The notes below the pieces were generated by a model. It was not told the origin of the DNA. It made no database searches and saw only the letters and a program-made list of their open reading frames with translations. The translations under genes were made by a program, and so were the position numbers. From Alphaproteobacteria bacterium (GTDB taxonomy: Bacteria; Pseudomonadota; Alphaproteobacteria; SP197), in NCBI GenBank assembly GCA_965228895.1, contig OZ245842.1, forward strand, positions 4,288,001 through 4,352,000: 64,000 bases of DNA, in the 5' to 3' direction. Below are positions 18,117 through 26,349 of this stretch, piece by piece; the first letter of the stretch is position 1; each line of letters starts with the position of its first letter.

Positions 18117-19548
18117 CCGTCAGAGGCTCACCACACTCCTGCGAAAGGACCTGAATGCGTTCGTGCGCAAGGCGTTCAATACTGTGTCGCCAGGCGACAC
18201 GTACCTGAAGAACTGGCACATCGAGGCGATCACTTATGAGCTCTCCCGCTGCCTGGATGGCGACAACACCCGGCTACTGATCACGCAACCGCCGCGCTCG
18301 CTGAAATCTATCTGCAGCTCGGTCGCGTTCGTCGCCTGGGCGCTAGGCCACAATCCCAAACTGAGGTTCATCTGCGTGAGCTACTCCCAGGACTTCGCCG
18401 GTACGCTTGCCCGGCAGTTCCGCCAGGTGGTCGACAGCATCTGGTACAGGTCGCTGTTCCCCAGGATGCGGCTGACCAAAGACACCGGCACTGAGTGCGT
18501 CACCAGCGAGGGTGGTGGGCGCCTGGCGACCTCGATCGGCGGTACGCTGACCGGCCGCGGCGCCGACATCATCATCATCGACGATCCGCTGAAGGCCGAA
18601 GACGCTGCCTCAGACACTGCCCGAAAGGCCGTGATCGACTGGTACACCTCAACGCTCGTCACGCGTCTCAACGACAAGGAGCGCGGCGCCATCATCGTCG
18701 TCATGCAGCGACTACACGAGGAGGACCTGGCCGGTCACTTGTTGGAGCACCAGGATTGGCACCACCTCGACCTGCCGGCAATCGCGATCGAGGACCAGGA
18801 GGTCCGGATTGGGCCGGACCACGCCGACGTGCACATCCGCAAGGAAGGCGAACTGCTACACCCCGAGCGCGAGCCGTTATCGTCGCTCGAGCGCATCAAG
18901 GAGGAGATCAGTAGCCTGAGGTTCTCAGCCCAGTACCAGCAGCGGCCGGTGCCGTTGGGCGGCAACCTCGTCAAACGCGACTGGTTCAAGACCTACGACA
19001 CGCCGCCTGACTTGGGTCAAGGGAGCCGGATCGTCCAGAGCTGGGACGTCGCGACGACCGTGAGCGATACGAACAACTGGTCGGTGTGCACCACTTGGCT
19101 CATCAAGCAGAAAACGTTCTACTTGCTGGATGTCTGGCGCGGCCGCCTCGAATATCCGGACCTGAAGCGCAAGGTGATCGCACTGCAGGACGAACACGCC
19201 GCGCGGACGGTGCTGATCGAGAAGGTCAATCTTGGTGTAAGTTTAGTCCAGGACCTCAGAGTCGACAGCCCGGCCGGATTCCCGAATCCCATAGGGATCG
19301 TGCCGGACGGCGACAAGGAGACCCGGATGGAGGCGCAGAGCGCTAGGATCGAAGCGGGGCATGTCGTGTTACCCAAGAATGCGCCCTGGCTCGATACGTT
19401 CTTGAACGAACTGTTGGCATTCCCCTACGGGCGCCACGACGATCAGGTGGACAGCGTGTCGCAGTTCCTGAACTGGGCCTGGCTGCGTGACGGCAGAGGC
19501 ATGCGACTCGCGATCGTGCCGGGAGAAGCGATCCAACTGAACTACTAG
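18097..19548 (+). CDS. Phage terminase large subunit
   Basis: NWHI adenine-binding region, Walker A QPPRSLKS, Walker B IIIIDD, coupling motif MQR, nuclease acidic residues SWDVA, IEK and HDDQVDS; GAGGAGG RBS. Confidence 0.92.
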   Translation: MPGSLADRQRLTTLLRKDLNAFVRKAFNTVSPGDTYLKNWHIEAITYELSRCLDGDNTRLLITQPPRSLKSICSSVAFVAWALGHNPKLRFICVSYSQDFAGTLARQFRQVVDSIWYRSLFPRMRLTKDTGTECVTSEGGGRLATSIGGTLTGRGADIIIIDDPLKAEDAASDTARKAVIDWYTSTLVTRLNDKERGAIIVVMQRLHEEDLAGHLLEHQDWHHLDLPAIAIEDQEVRIGPDHADVHIRKEGELLHPEREPLSSLERIKEEISSLRFSAQYQQRPVPLGGNLVKRDWFKTYDTPPDLGQGSRIVQSWDVATTVSDTNNWSVCTTWLIKQKTFYLLDVWRGRLEYPDLKRKVIALQDEHAARTVLIEKVNLGVSLVQDLRVDSPAGFPNPIGIVPDGDKETRMEAQSARIEAGHVVLPKNAPWLDTFLNELLAFPYGRHDDQVDSVSQFLNWAWLRDGRGMRLAIVPGEAIQLNY

Positions 19549-19675
19549 GCGCATACGAATGCGCTACTTCAATGGGCTTTAGGGTTACAACGGCCCACAT
19601 CGATGCGCCCAGTCGGGCAGTTGGACTTTGCGGCCAAAGCAAGCGTCAGTGGCACTCGGAAGAAGGAGTGCCGGC

Positions 19676-19906
19676 ATGCGCAAACGCCAACGCAAGATCA
19701 TCACGCGACTGTTCGCAACCGCAACATCGTTGACAGAAGCTGCCCATGAAGCCTCCTGCGATGGTCAGGCGCACGATGCCGACACAGAGCAATATCAAGC
19801 GGCTGTGCGCCGCATTCTGTCGGCGACCCACGACATTAGGGTGCTGGCTGAGGTGATCGGCGAGTTGGTCGACCAAATGGACAATCCCGGAAGCACTCGG
19901 CCCTGA
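19676..19906 (+). CDS. Hypothetical small helical protein
   Basis: ATG after AAGGAG; 76 aa; no family recognised. Confidence 0.5.
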   Translation: MRKRQRKIITRLFATATSLTEAAHEASCDGQAHDADTEQYQAAVRRILSATHDIRVLAEVIGELVDQMDNPGSTRP

Positions 19907-20070
19907 AGTCCCGATGGAAAACGACTGGACAATGGCGGCCTAGCAAGCGTCCATGGTCGAACTGAAAGACCGCCTTCCTCTCGATCGCGCCCTGCCTGGC
20001 CAAGCCCGGAGGGCCTCAACAGGTGACAACGCTGGTATCGGACCGGTGCGACACATGAGAGGAAACGACC

Positions 20071-20340
20071 ATGTCATCTGCGACCACCAAGAAGGCCACC
20101 ACATCACGGGATCAAACCGCATCTGATCCCGTCGAGACCAAGACTGAAAAGGTGATCAAACTGCTGCGCCGCAAGAACGGCGCTACCATCGCCAACATCC
20201 AGAAGGCCACCGGCTGGCAGCCCCACAGCGTCCGCGGGTTCCTGTCGGGGACACTGAAGACGCGAATGGGCCTCGTCATTAAAGGCGAAACAGACGCAAA
20301 GGGCGTGCGCCACTATCGTATTGCCAGGCCTAGCAAGTGA
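20071..20340 (+). CDS. DUF3489-like winged-helix protein
   Basis: TK...VIKLLRRKNGATI..I..ATGWQPHSVRGFLSG.LK...GL.......G.RHYRI. Confidence 0.85.
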   Translation: MSSATTKKATTSRDQTASDPVETKTEKVIKLLRRKNGATIANIQKATGWQPHSVRGFLSGTLKTRMGLVIKGETDAKGVRHYRIARPSK

Positions 20341-20789
20341 TGTCGGCGCAACCAGTCAATATCGTGGCGCTTTCGGCGATGGGCCGAGACACACTGCTCG
20401 ATCTCTGGCGTCAGATTCATGACCACGACCCACCGCGCAACGCCAGCCGTCCGTTCCTGCGATACTGTATTGCCTACCGGCTTCAGGAGAGGGAGCACGG
20501 CGGGATAGACCCGGCGACACATCGTAAGCTCCATCGCCTGGCGATCGGCGGAGAGTACGCTGGATCTGCAGCACGGTCGCGAACCGCCATCAGACCGGGA
20601 ACGCGGCTTATCCGCACCTGGCAAGGTCGACCCTATGAGGCGACGGTTGTCGAAAATGGGTTCATGTTTGAAGGCAAGCGCTACCGATCGCTCTCGGCGG
20701 TCGCCCGCGCCATCACAGGAACCCGCTGGAACGGCTGGCGGTTCTTCGGTGTCGACCCCGGCCAACAAGGTAGCAAGAAGTGTCGCTGA
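20340..20789 (+). CDS. DUF2924-like protein
   Basis: IAYRLQE..HGG...PGTRLIRTWQG...Y.SLSAVARAITGTRWNGWRFFG; TGATG overlaps on both sides. Confidence 0.88.
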   Translation: MSAQPVNIVALSAMGRDTLLDLWRQIHDHDPPRNASRPFLRYCIAYRLQEREHGGIDPATHRKLHRLAIGGEYAGSAARSRTAIRPGTRLIRTWQGRPYEATVVENGFMFEGKRYRSLSAVARAITGTRWNGWRFFGVDPGQQGSKKCR

Positions 20790-22513
20790 TGGCGGTCAAG
20801 CGACCCAAGGCGACATGCGCCATCTACACCCGCAAATCGTCCGAAGAGGGGCTCGATCAGGCCTTCAACTCACTCGATGCCCAGCGCGAGGCCGGCGAGG
20901 CCTTCATCCATAGCCAGACCCATGAGGGCTGGCGTGTCCTGTCAGATCGCTATGACGACGGTGGCATCTCCGGTGCCACTATGGAACGCCCAGCCCTGAA
21001 GCGACTTCTGGCTGATATCGAGGCCGGCAAGATCGACGTTGTGGTGGTCTACAAGGTCGACCGGCTGACCAGGGCCCTCTCCGACTTCGCCAAGATGATC
21101 GAGATCTTCGACCGCCATGGCGTCTCGTTCGTCTCGGTCACCCAGCAGTTCAACACCACCACGTCCATGGGACGGTTGACCCTCAACGTGTTGCTGTCGT
21201 TCGCCCAGTTCGAGCGTGAAGTCACCGGTGAGCGCATCCGTGACAAGATCAGGGCGTCGAAGGCCAAGGGTATGTGGATGGGCGGCAGACCGCCGCTCGG
21301 CTTCGACGTCCGGGATCGCAAGTTGGTGGTCAACCCCGGCGAAGCGAAACAGGTGCGCTGGATCTTCCGGCGCTACCTGGACTTGGGTGCGATCAACCGC
21401 CTTCGCAGCGACGTCGTGAGCCAGGACATCACCAGCAAGGTCTACACCAGCAAAGCCGGGATCAGTTCCGGTGGCGGACCCTTCGGGCGTTCGGCCCTCC
21501 ATCGCTTGTTGGGCAACCACCTCTATGTCGGCGAGGTCGCCCATCGGGGCAACGTCTATCTGGGTGAGCATGAGGCGATTGTAGATCGCGAGCTCTGGGA
21601 CAAGGTACAGGCCTTGCTGGCAGAGAAACGGCAATGCGAACACGCCGGTCCGTCGACACGCCAGGTCAGCCTTCTCAAGGGCCTGATAGTTGATGCCAGC
21701 GAAAGGCGCCTGACCCCGATCCATGCCACGAAGAACGGCAAGCGCTATCGTTACTACGTCTCAAACTGCATTGTCAGCGGCTCGATCTGCGGAGCCGACG
21801 ACCGAACATGGCGCATCCCTGCTCACGAGATCGAGCAGCTGGCCATCAGCCAAATCAAAGACCTGCTCAGAGATCGCAGCAGGCTCTATGACGTTCTAAA
21901 GGCCGTGGATGCTTCGCTCGCGACAGCCGAGGCGACCTACGACCATCTGGCCGAGGTCGCCGATCGCTGGGACGAGCTTGTCCACCGCGACCAGCGCATC
22001 ATCCTCAGACACCTGCTGTCTCGCGTCACCATCGCCGATGATCAGGTCGAGGTTCACGTCCGTCCCGATGCGATCGCTCATATCGGTGTTTCAGGGGCCG
22101 ACAGCTTAATCGCTGCCAGGCCTGACGGGCGCGGCCGAACCGAGCCGGTGGTTCTGACGGTGCCCGCACGCCTGACGCGACGCGGAAGAGAACTCAAGCT
22201 CATCGTAACCGGTGAAGAGGTGGACGGCAGATTGCCGGACACCGACCTGATGGTCGCTGTGGCACGCGCCCGTCACTGGCTCGACCTCCTGATGACAGGC
22301 AAGGTCGCATCAATCAGGGATCTCGCCCTCAGCGAGAGGAAGCTCGAACGTCATATCGGCCAGCATCTAAGGCTCGCCTTTCTGGCACCCGACATCGTCG
22401 AAGCGATCCTTGATGGTAGGCAGCCACCTGAGCTCTCGCTACGCAAGCTCGTCAGGACCGACCCGCCGCTCGAATGGGGCGAACAGCGTCGACGGCTCGG
22501 ATTTGCTGGGTAG
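20789..22513 (+). CDS. Large serine recombinase (putative integrase of the tRNA-Ser element)
   Basis: CAIYTRKSSEEGL...SLDAQR, YKVDRLTR, SFAQFERE, recombinase domain; adjacent to the tRNA 3' end. Confidence 0.93.
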   Translation: MAVKRPKATCAIYTRKSSEEGLDQAFNSLDAQREAGEAFIHSQTHEGWRVLSDRYDDGGISGATMERPALKRLLADIEAGKIDVVVVYKVDRLTRALSDFAKMIEIFDRHGVSFVSVTQQFNTTTSMGRLTLNVLLSFAQFEREVTGERIRDKIRASKAKGMWMGGRPPLGFDVRDRKLVVNPGEAKQVRWIFRRYLDLGAINRLRSDVVSQDITSKVYTSKAGISSGGGPFGRSALHRLLGNHLYVGEVAHRGNVYLGEHEAIVDRELWDKVQALLAEKRQCEHAGPSTRQVSLLKGLIVDASERRLTPIHATKNGKRYRYYVSNCIVSGSICGADDRTWRIPAHEIEQLAISQIKDLLRDRSRLYDVLKAVDASLATAEATYDHLAEVADRWDELVHRDQRIILRHLLSRVTIADDQVEVHVRPDAIAHIGVSGADSLIAARPDGRGRTEPVVLTVPARLTRRGRELKLIVTGEEVDGRLPDTDLMVAVARARHWLDLLMTGKVASIRDLALSERKLERHIGQHLRLAFLAPDIVEAILDGRQPPELSLRKLVRTDPPLEWGEQRRRLGFAG

Positions 22514-22592
22514 ATCGCTGCCTCGTTCGTCCACTATCCATCCAATCTGACGACATCCACCTCGCCGAAAGTCCCTCCACAATCGGGCCAAC

Positions 22593-22754
22593 CGGAGACT
22601 GGCGGTGGATGACGGCGAGAGGCGCGATGACCGCAGTCTCCGCACTCACGCCAATGCACTTTCCACATTCGCAAAGGCCCGGCGTACGGGCGCTTCGCCG
22701 GCCGATACGACAACACCGAAAGCCGTTCCAGGTCATCTAGTTGGAGACTGGCGG
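22593..22754. repeat. GGAGACTG motif cluster / candidate att sites
   Basis: GGAGACTGGCGG at 22594-22605 and 22743-22754 (the second overlaps the tRNA CCA end); inverted copy CAGTCTCCG at 22634-22642. Confidence 0.65.
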
Positions 22755-22838
22755 AGGGAGCGGGATTCGAACCCGCGAGGGGCTTACACCCCAACACGCT
22801 TTCCAGGCGTGCGCCTTAAACCACTCGGCCATCCCTCC
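22749..22838 (-). tRNA. tRNA-Ser(GGA)
   Basis: GGAGGGATGGCCGAGTGGTTTAAGGCG CACGC-CTGGAAA-GCGTG, long variable arm, GGTTCGAATCC, CCA end; 90 nt. Confidence 0.97.
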
Positions 22839-22948
22839 TCGAAGCCGCGAAACCTAACCGCAGGCCGGGGCCGGCGCAAGCTGGCCGGAAACGGCTGAGC
22901 CCGGGGCCAATTCGGTGTAAGCTGACGCTCCCCTTCCGGTGACGGCCC

Positions 22949-23278
22949 ATGCGGCCGGGAGCGCTCAACTTGCGACGTCTCATGTCCTATCTTGGCCTGC
23001 TGCTGCTGGCTATCACTGCCGTCATCATCGTCGTTAATCTGTTCGGCGACGGCTGGCTTTCGCCAACAATCGCGGAGGTCTGGGCTTCGATTAACGCCAA
23101 TTCGCTGGTCGGCTTCGGCTCGCTCGTGGAAAACCAGATCGACCCGGATCTGTGGGTCGACTCGATCCTGCCGCTCTTGAGCCTCCCAGCCTGGTCAGTC
23201 CCGGCCGTTCTCGGCCTTATCCTCGTGCTGATCGGCAAAGGCGGCCGTCGCAAGCGCATGACGGCGGCGGGCGGCTAG
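22949..23278 (+). CDS. Small membrane protein
   Basis: Two hydrophobic segments and a basic tail; start uncertain. Confidence 0.6.
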   Translation: MRPGALNLRRLMSYLGLLLLAITAVIIVVNLFGDGWLSPTIAEVWASINANSLVGFGSLVENQIDPDLWVDSILPLLSLPAWSVPAVLGLILVLIGKGGRRKRMTAAGG

Positions 23279-23295
23279 AGCGATTCGATCGGCGG

Positions 23296-23937
23296 TCAGG
23301 TCTTGCGATAGATGACGTAGTGGACCGACGCGCCCTGATCTTTGAAGATTTCGTCCAGCCGGTTTTCGACCGTGGCGATGAGACCGTCCGTCTCAAACCC
23401 GTCGAGCATCGTCTTGAATCCTTTAGCGTCCCAGATGTCCTTATGAATGGTGAACGCCATCAAACCGCCCGGCATCAGGATACGCAGGATCTCCGGCAGA
23501 GGTTCGGGGCCGACATGGCCGCACGTGAAGGTGCCTGATGAAATCGCCGCACCATAGACGCCGTCGTCCAGGTCGAGCGGCAGGGTGATATCAGCGCGGA
23601 TCAACTGACGGTAGATGCCGCGCTCTTCGGCTTTCGCCAGCATCTCCGGCGTGATGTCGACGCCGTCGATATGGCGAAAACCCTGTTCGGCGAGATAGAC
23701 GGACGTGAGGCCGGTGCCGCAGCCGATATCGAGGACCGGCGTCGACACATCGTCGAGATGGGCGGCGAGCCGTCTTGCGATCCGGTCCGGTCCGACATAG
23801 CCGAGCTTGCCGACCATGTGGTCGTCATAAGCGCCCGACCATTCGCGATAAAATGCCTGTGCTTGATCGGCACCCTGGAGGCTATAGGCGCCTTGGACAA
23901 ATTCGTCCTTTTCCAGATCCTTCTTGTCGTCAGCCAT
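23296..23937 (-). CDS. Class I SAM-dependent methyltransferase
   Basis: [26 protein letters not shown]; start overlaps the lepA stop. Confidence 0.88.
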   Translation of the reverse strand: MADDKKDLEKDEFVQGAYSLQGADQAQAFYREWSGAYDDHMVGKLGYVGPDRIARRLAAHLDDVSTPVLDIGCGTGLTSVYLAEQGFRHIDGVDITPEMLAKAEERGIYRQLIRADITLPLDLDDGVYGAAISSGTFTCGHVGPEPLPEILRILMPGGLMAFTIHKDIWDAKGFKTMLDGFETDGLIATVENRLDEIFKDQGASVHYVIYRKT

Positions 23938-25732
23938 CAAGCCTGAGAGCGGCGAGGAACGCGTCCTGCGGGATCTCGACATCGCCGAACTGGCGCATGC
24001 GTTTCTTGCCGCGCTTCTGCTTTTCCAGAAGCTTGCGCTTGCGCGTGATGTCGCCGCCATAACACTTGGCCAGCACGTCTTTTCTGAGCGCGCTGATGGT
24101 TTCACGCGCGATGACCTTGCCGCCGATCGCCGCCTGAATCGGTATCTTGAAAAGCTGGCGCGGAATAAGGCCCTTCAACTTTTCACATACCGCCCGGCCA
24201 CGGCTCTCCGCGCGGCTGCGTTCGACGATCTGCGCCAGGCCATCGACCGCCTCGCCGTTGACCAGGATATCGAGGCGCACCAGATCGCCTTCGCGGTAGC
24301 CGTCGAGTTGATAGTCGAAGCTGGCGTAACCACGGCTGACCGACTTCAGGCGGTCGTAGAAATCGAACACGACCTCAGCCAGCGGCAAGCGATAGACCAC
24401 CATCGCGCGCGCGCCCGCATAGGTCAGTTCGACCTGCTCGCCGCGTTTATCGGTGCATAGCTGCAGGACCGCGCCCAGATATTCGTCGGGCACCAGGATG
24501 GTCGCCTTGATCCATGGCTCCTCGATCTTCTCGATGCGCGTGGGATCGGGCAGGTCGACGGGATTGTGCAGCTCCGACGCCTCGCCGCCGCGTTCGGTAA
24601 TGCGATAGACGACACTGGGCGCGGTCGCGATCAGATCCAGATCGAACTCGCGCTCCAGCCGCTCCTGAATGATCTCCAGATGCAGCAGGCCCAGGAAACC
24701 GCAGCGGAAACCCTGGCCTAGCGCGACGGAGCTTTCCGGCTCGAAATGGAAGCTCGCGTCGTTCAGCCGCAGCTTGCCCAGACTGTCGCGCAGGTCGTTG
24801 TAATCGCCGGCATCGGTCGGATAGAGGCCGCAGAAGACGACCGGCTGACTCGGCTTGAAGCCAGGCAGCGCATCCTCGGTGCGTTCGCGATCGTCGGTGA
24901 TCGTGTCGCCGACACGGCATTCGGCGATGTCCTTGATGGCGGCGGTGATGAACCCGATCTCGCCCGGCCCCAACTCGTCGACCAGAACGCCCTTGGGCGT
25001 AAAGATGCCGACCCGGTCAATATCGCGTACGGCGCTGGTACCCATCAGGCGGATGCGCTGGCCCTTGCGGATATGACCGTCGACCATGCGCAGCAGGATC
25101 ATGACGCCCAGATAGGCGTCATACCAACTGTCGACCAGAAGCGCCTTCAAAGGTTTCTCGGCGTCGCCCGCCTTGGGCGGCGGCAAGCGGTCGCAGATCG
25201 CCTGCAGCACGGCTTCGATGTTCTCGCCGGTCTTGGCGGAGACGGGCACCGCGTCGGACGCGTCGATGCCGACGACGTCTTCGATGTTCTGTTTGACACG
25301 ATCGACATCGGCGGCCGGCAGGTCGATCTTGTTGATCACCGGCAGGATCTCGAGATCCGCATCGACCGCCATATAGGCGTTGGCGACGGTCTGCGCCTCG
25401 ACACCCTGGGTCGAATCGACGATCAGCATGGCGCCCTCGCAGGCGCGCAGGGACCGGCTGACCTCATAGGTGAAATCGACATGGCCGGGCGTGTCGATCA
25501 GATTGATCAGATAGGTCTCGCCATCGGCCGCGACGAAACTCAGGCGCACCGTCTGGGCCTTGATGGTGATCCCGCGCTCGCGCTCCAGATCCATGGCGTC
25601 AAGCACCTGGCCGCGCATTTCGCGCGCGTCGAGCCCGCCGCACGCCTCGATCAGGCGGTCGGCCAAGGTCGACTTGCCGTGATCGATGTGCGCGATGATC
25701 GCGACATTGCGAATATGCGAAAGATCGGTCAT
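23930..25732 (-). CDS. lepA: Translation elongation factor 4 (LepA)
   Basis: [48 protein letters not shown]. Confidence 0.98.
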   Translation of the reverse strand: MTDLSHIRNVAIIAHIDHGKSTLADRLIEACGGLDAREMRGQVLDAMDLERERGITIKAQTVRLSFVAADGETYLINLIDTPGHVDFTYEVSRSLRACEGAMLIVDSTQGVEAQTVANAYMAVDADLEILPVINKIDLPAADVDRVKQNIEDVVGIDASDAVPVSAKTGENIEAVLQAICDRLPPPKAGDAEKPLKALLVDSWYDAYLGVMILLRMVDGHIRKGQRIRLMGTSAVRDIDRVGIFTPKGVLVDELGPGEIGFITAAIKDIAECRVGDTITDDRERTEDALPGFKPSQPVVFCGLYPTDAGDYNDLRDSLGKLRLNDASFHFEPESSVALGQGFRCGFLGLLHLEIIQERLEREFDLDLIATAPSVVYRITERGGEASELHNPVDLPDPTRIEKIEEPWIKATILVPDEYLGAVLQLCTDKRGEQVELTYAGARAMVVYRLPLAEVVFDFYDRLKSVSRGYASFDYQLDGYREGDLVRLDILVNGEAVDGLAQIVERSRAESRGRAVCEKLKGLIPRQLFKIPIQAAIGGKVIARETISALRKDVLAKCYGGDITRKRKLLEKQKRGKKRMRQFGDVEIPQDAFLAALRLDG

Positions 25733-25742
25733 GGGTTTCCGT

Positions 25743-25842
25743 TTAGAGCAGATCCTGTCTTGATGGAATCGCTTCGCGATTCCGTCAAGGCGGGTGAATC
25801 TGCTCTACTCATAGATGGAGAGCGGATCGTGGTCCGCTCTAG
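25743..25842. repeat. Palindromic intergenic repeat, copy 1 (second unit internally deleted)
   Basis: TAGAGCAGATCC...GAATCTGCTCTA followed by AGAGCGGA...TCCGCTCTAG; homologous to 42393-42532; three GANTC sites. Confidence 0.85.
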
Positions 25843-25977
25843 GGCAGCGAAGGCGGAACATAAGCGGCCATGGCCCCTGGACGCAACCACGAGGGATAAA
25901 TGGCAACAAGGCGGTTCACCAGCGGGGTTCAAAGGCCCATGGTGGTACACGACCAAACCAACGGGAGCGCCAAGCCG

Positions 25978-26349
25978 ATGATCGATCATCTCGACACCTC
26001 GCCCGACGGCCGGGCCATGCGTTTCAGGGCTGGCGGTATCCTGACCCATGAGGACTATCAGGCGTTGATCCCCGTGCTTGAGCAGGCCATTTCCGAACAC
26101 GGCAAGATCTCCGTCCTGGTAGAGCTCGACGACATCACCGGCATCGAGGCGCGCGCGGTGATGGACGAATTTGCCTTTGATATCCACCACTTCCGCGATT
26201 TCGACCGGCTCGGCGTGATCGGCGAAGGAGCCTGGGAGGATTGGATGACCCGGGCCACCAACCCGCTGGTTCCAGGCGAGATGCGCTATTTCCCGGAAGC
26301 CGAAAGCGACGCTGCCTGGGCCTGGGTCCGGGGCCAGGAAAACTCCTAG
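25978..26349 (+). CDS. STAS/SEC14 (SpoIIAA-like) domain protein
   Basis: G.LTHEDY..LIP.LE...EHGKI.VL....FDRLGVIG...W......MRYF....DAAWAWV. Confidence 0.85.
   Translation: MIDHLDTSPDGRAMRFRAGGILTHEDYQALIPVLEQAISEHGKISVLVELDDITGIEARAVMDEFAFDIHHFRDFDRLGVIGEGAWEDWMTRATNPLVPGEMRYFPEAESDAAWAWVRGQENS

Larger units (their letters stand above)
1..22767. mobile_element. Composite genomic island integrated at the 3' end of tRNA-Ser(GGA); left boundary outside the window
   Basis: Two large serine recombinases, an IS3 element, terminase, methyltransferase and defence-like genes, and no housekeeping genes. Sequence is visibly more AT-rich in ~1.5-14.8 kb. It ends at the tRNA 3' end, after which core genes resume. 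Confidence 0.85.

Noticed and set aside
16229-22513. Intact prophage or gene transfer agent cluster
   Set aside because: No portal, protease, capsid, tail, lysis or replication genes follow the terminase.
1-22590. Second copy of the tRNA-Ser 3' end marking the island's left boundary
   Set aside because: A visual scan found no TGGCGGAGGGAG or GGATTCGAACC copy. The boundary is outside the window or was deleted.
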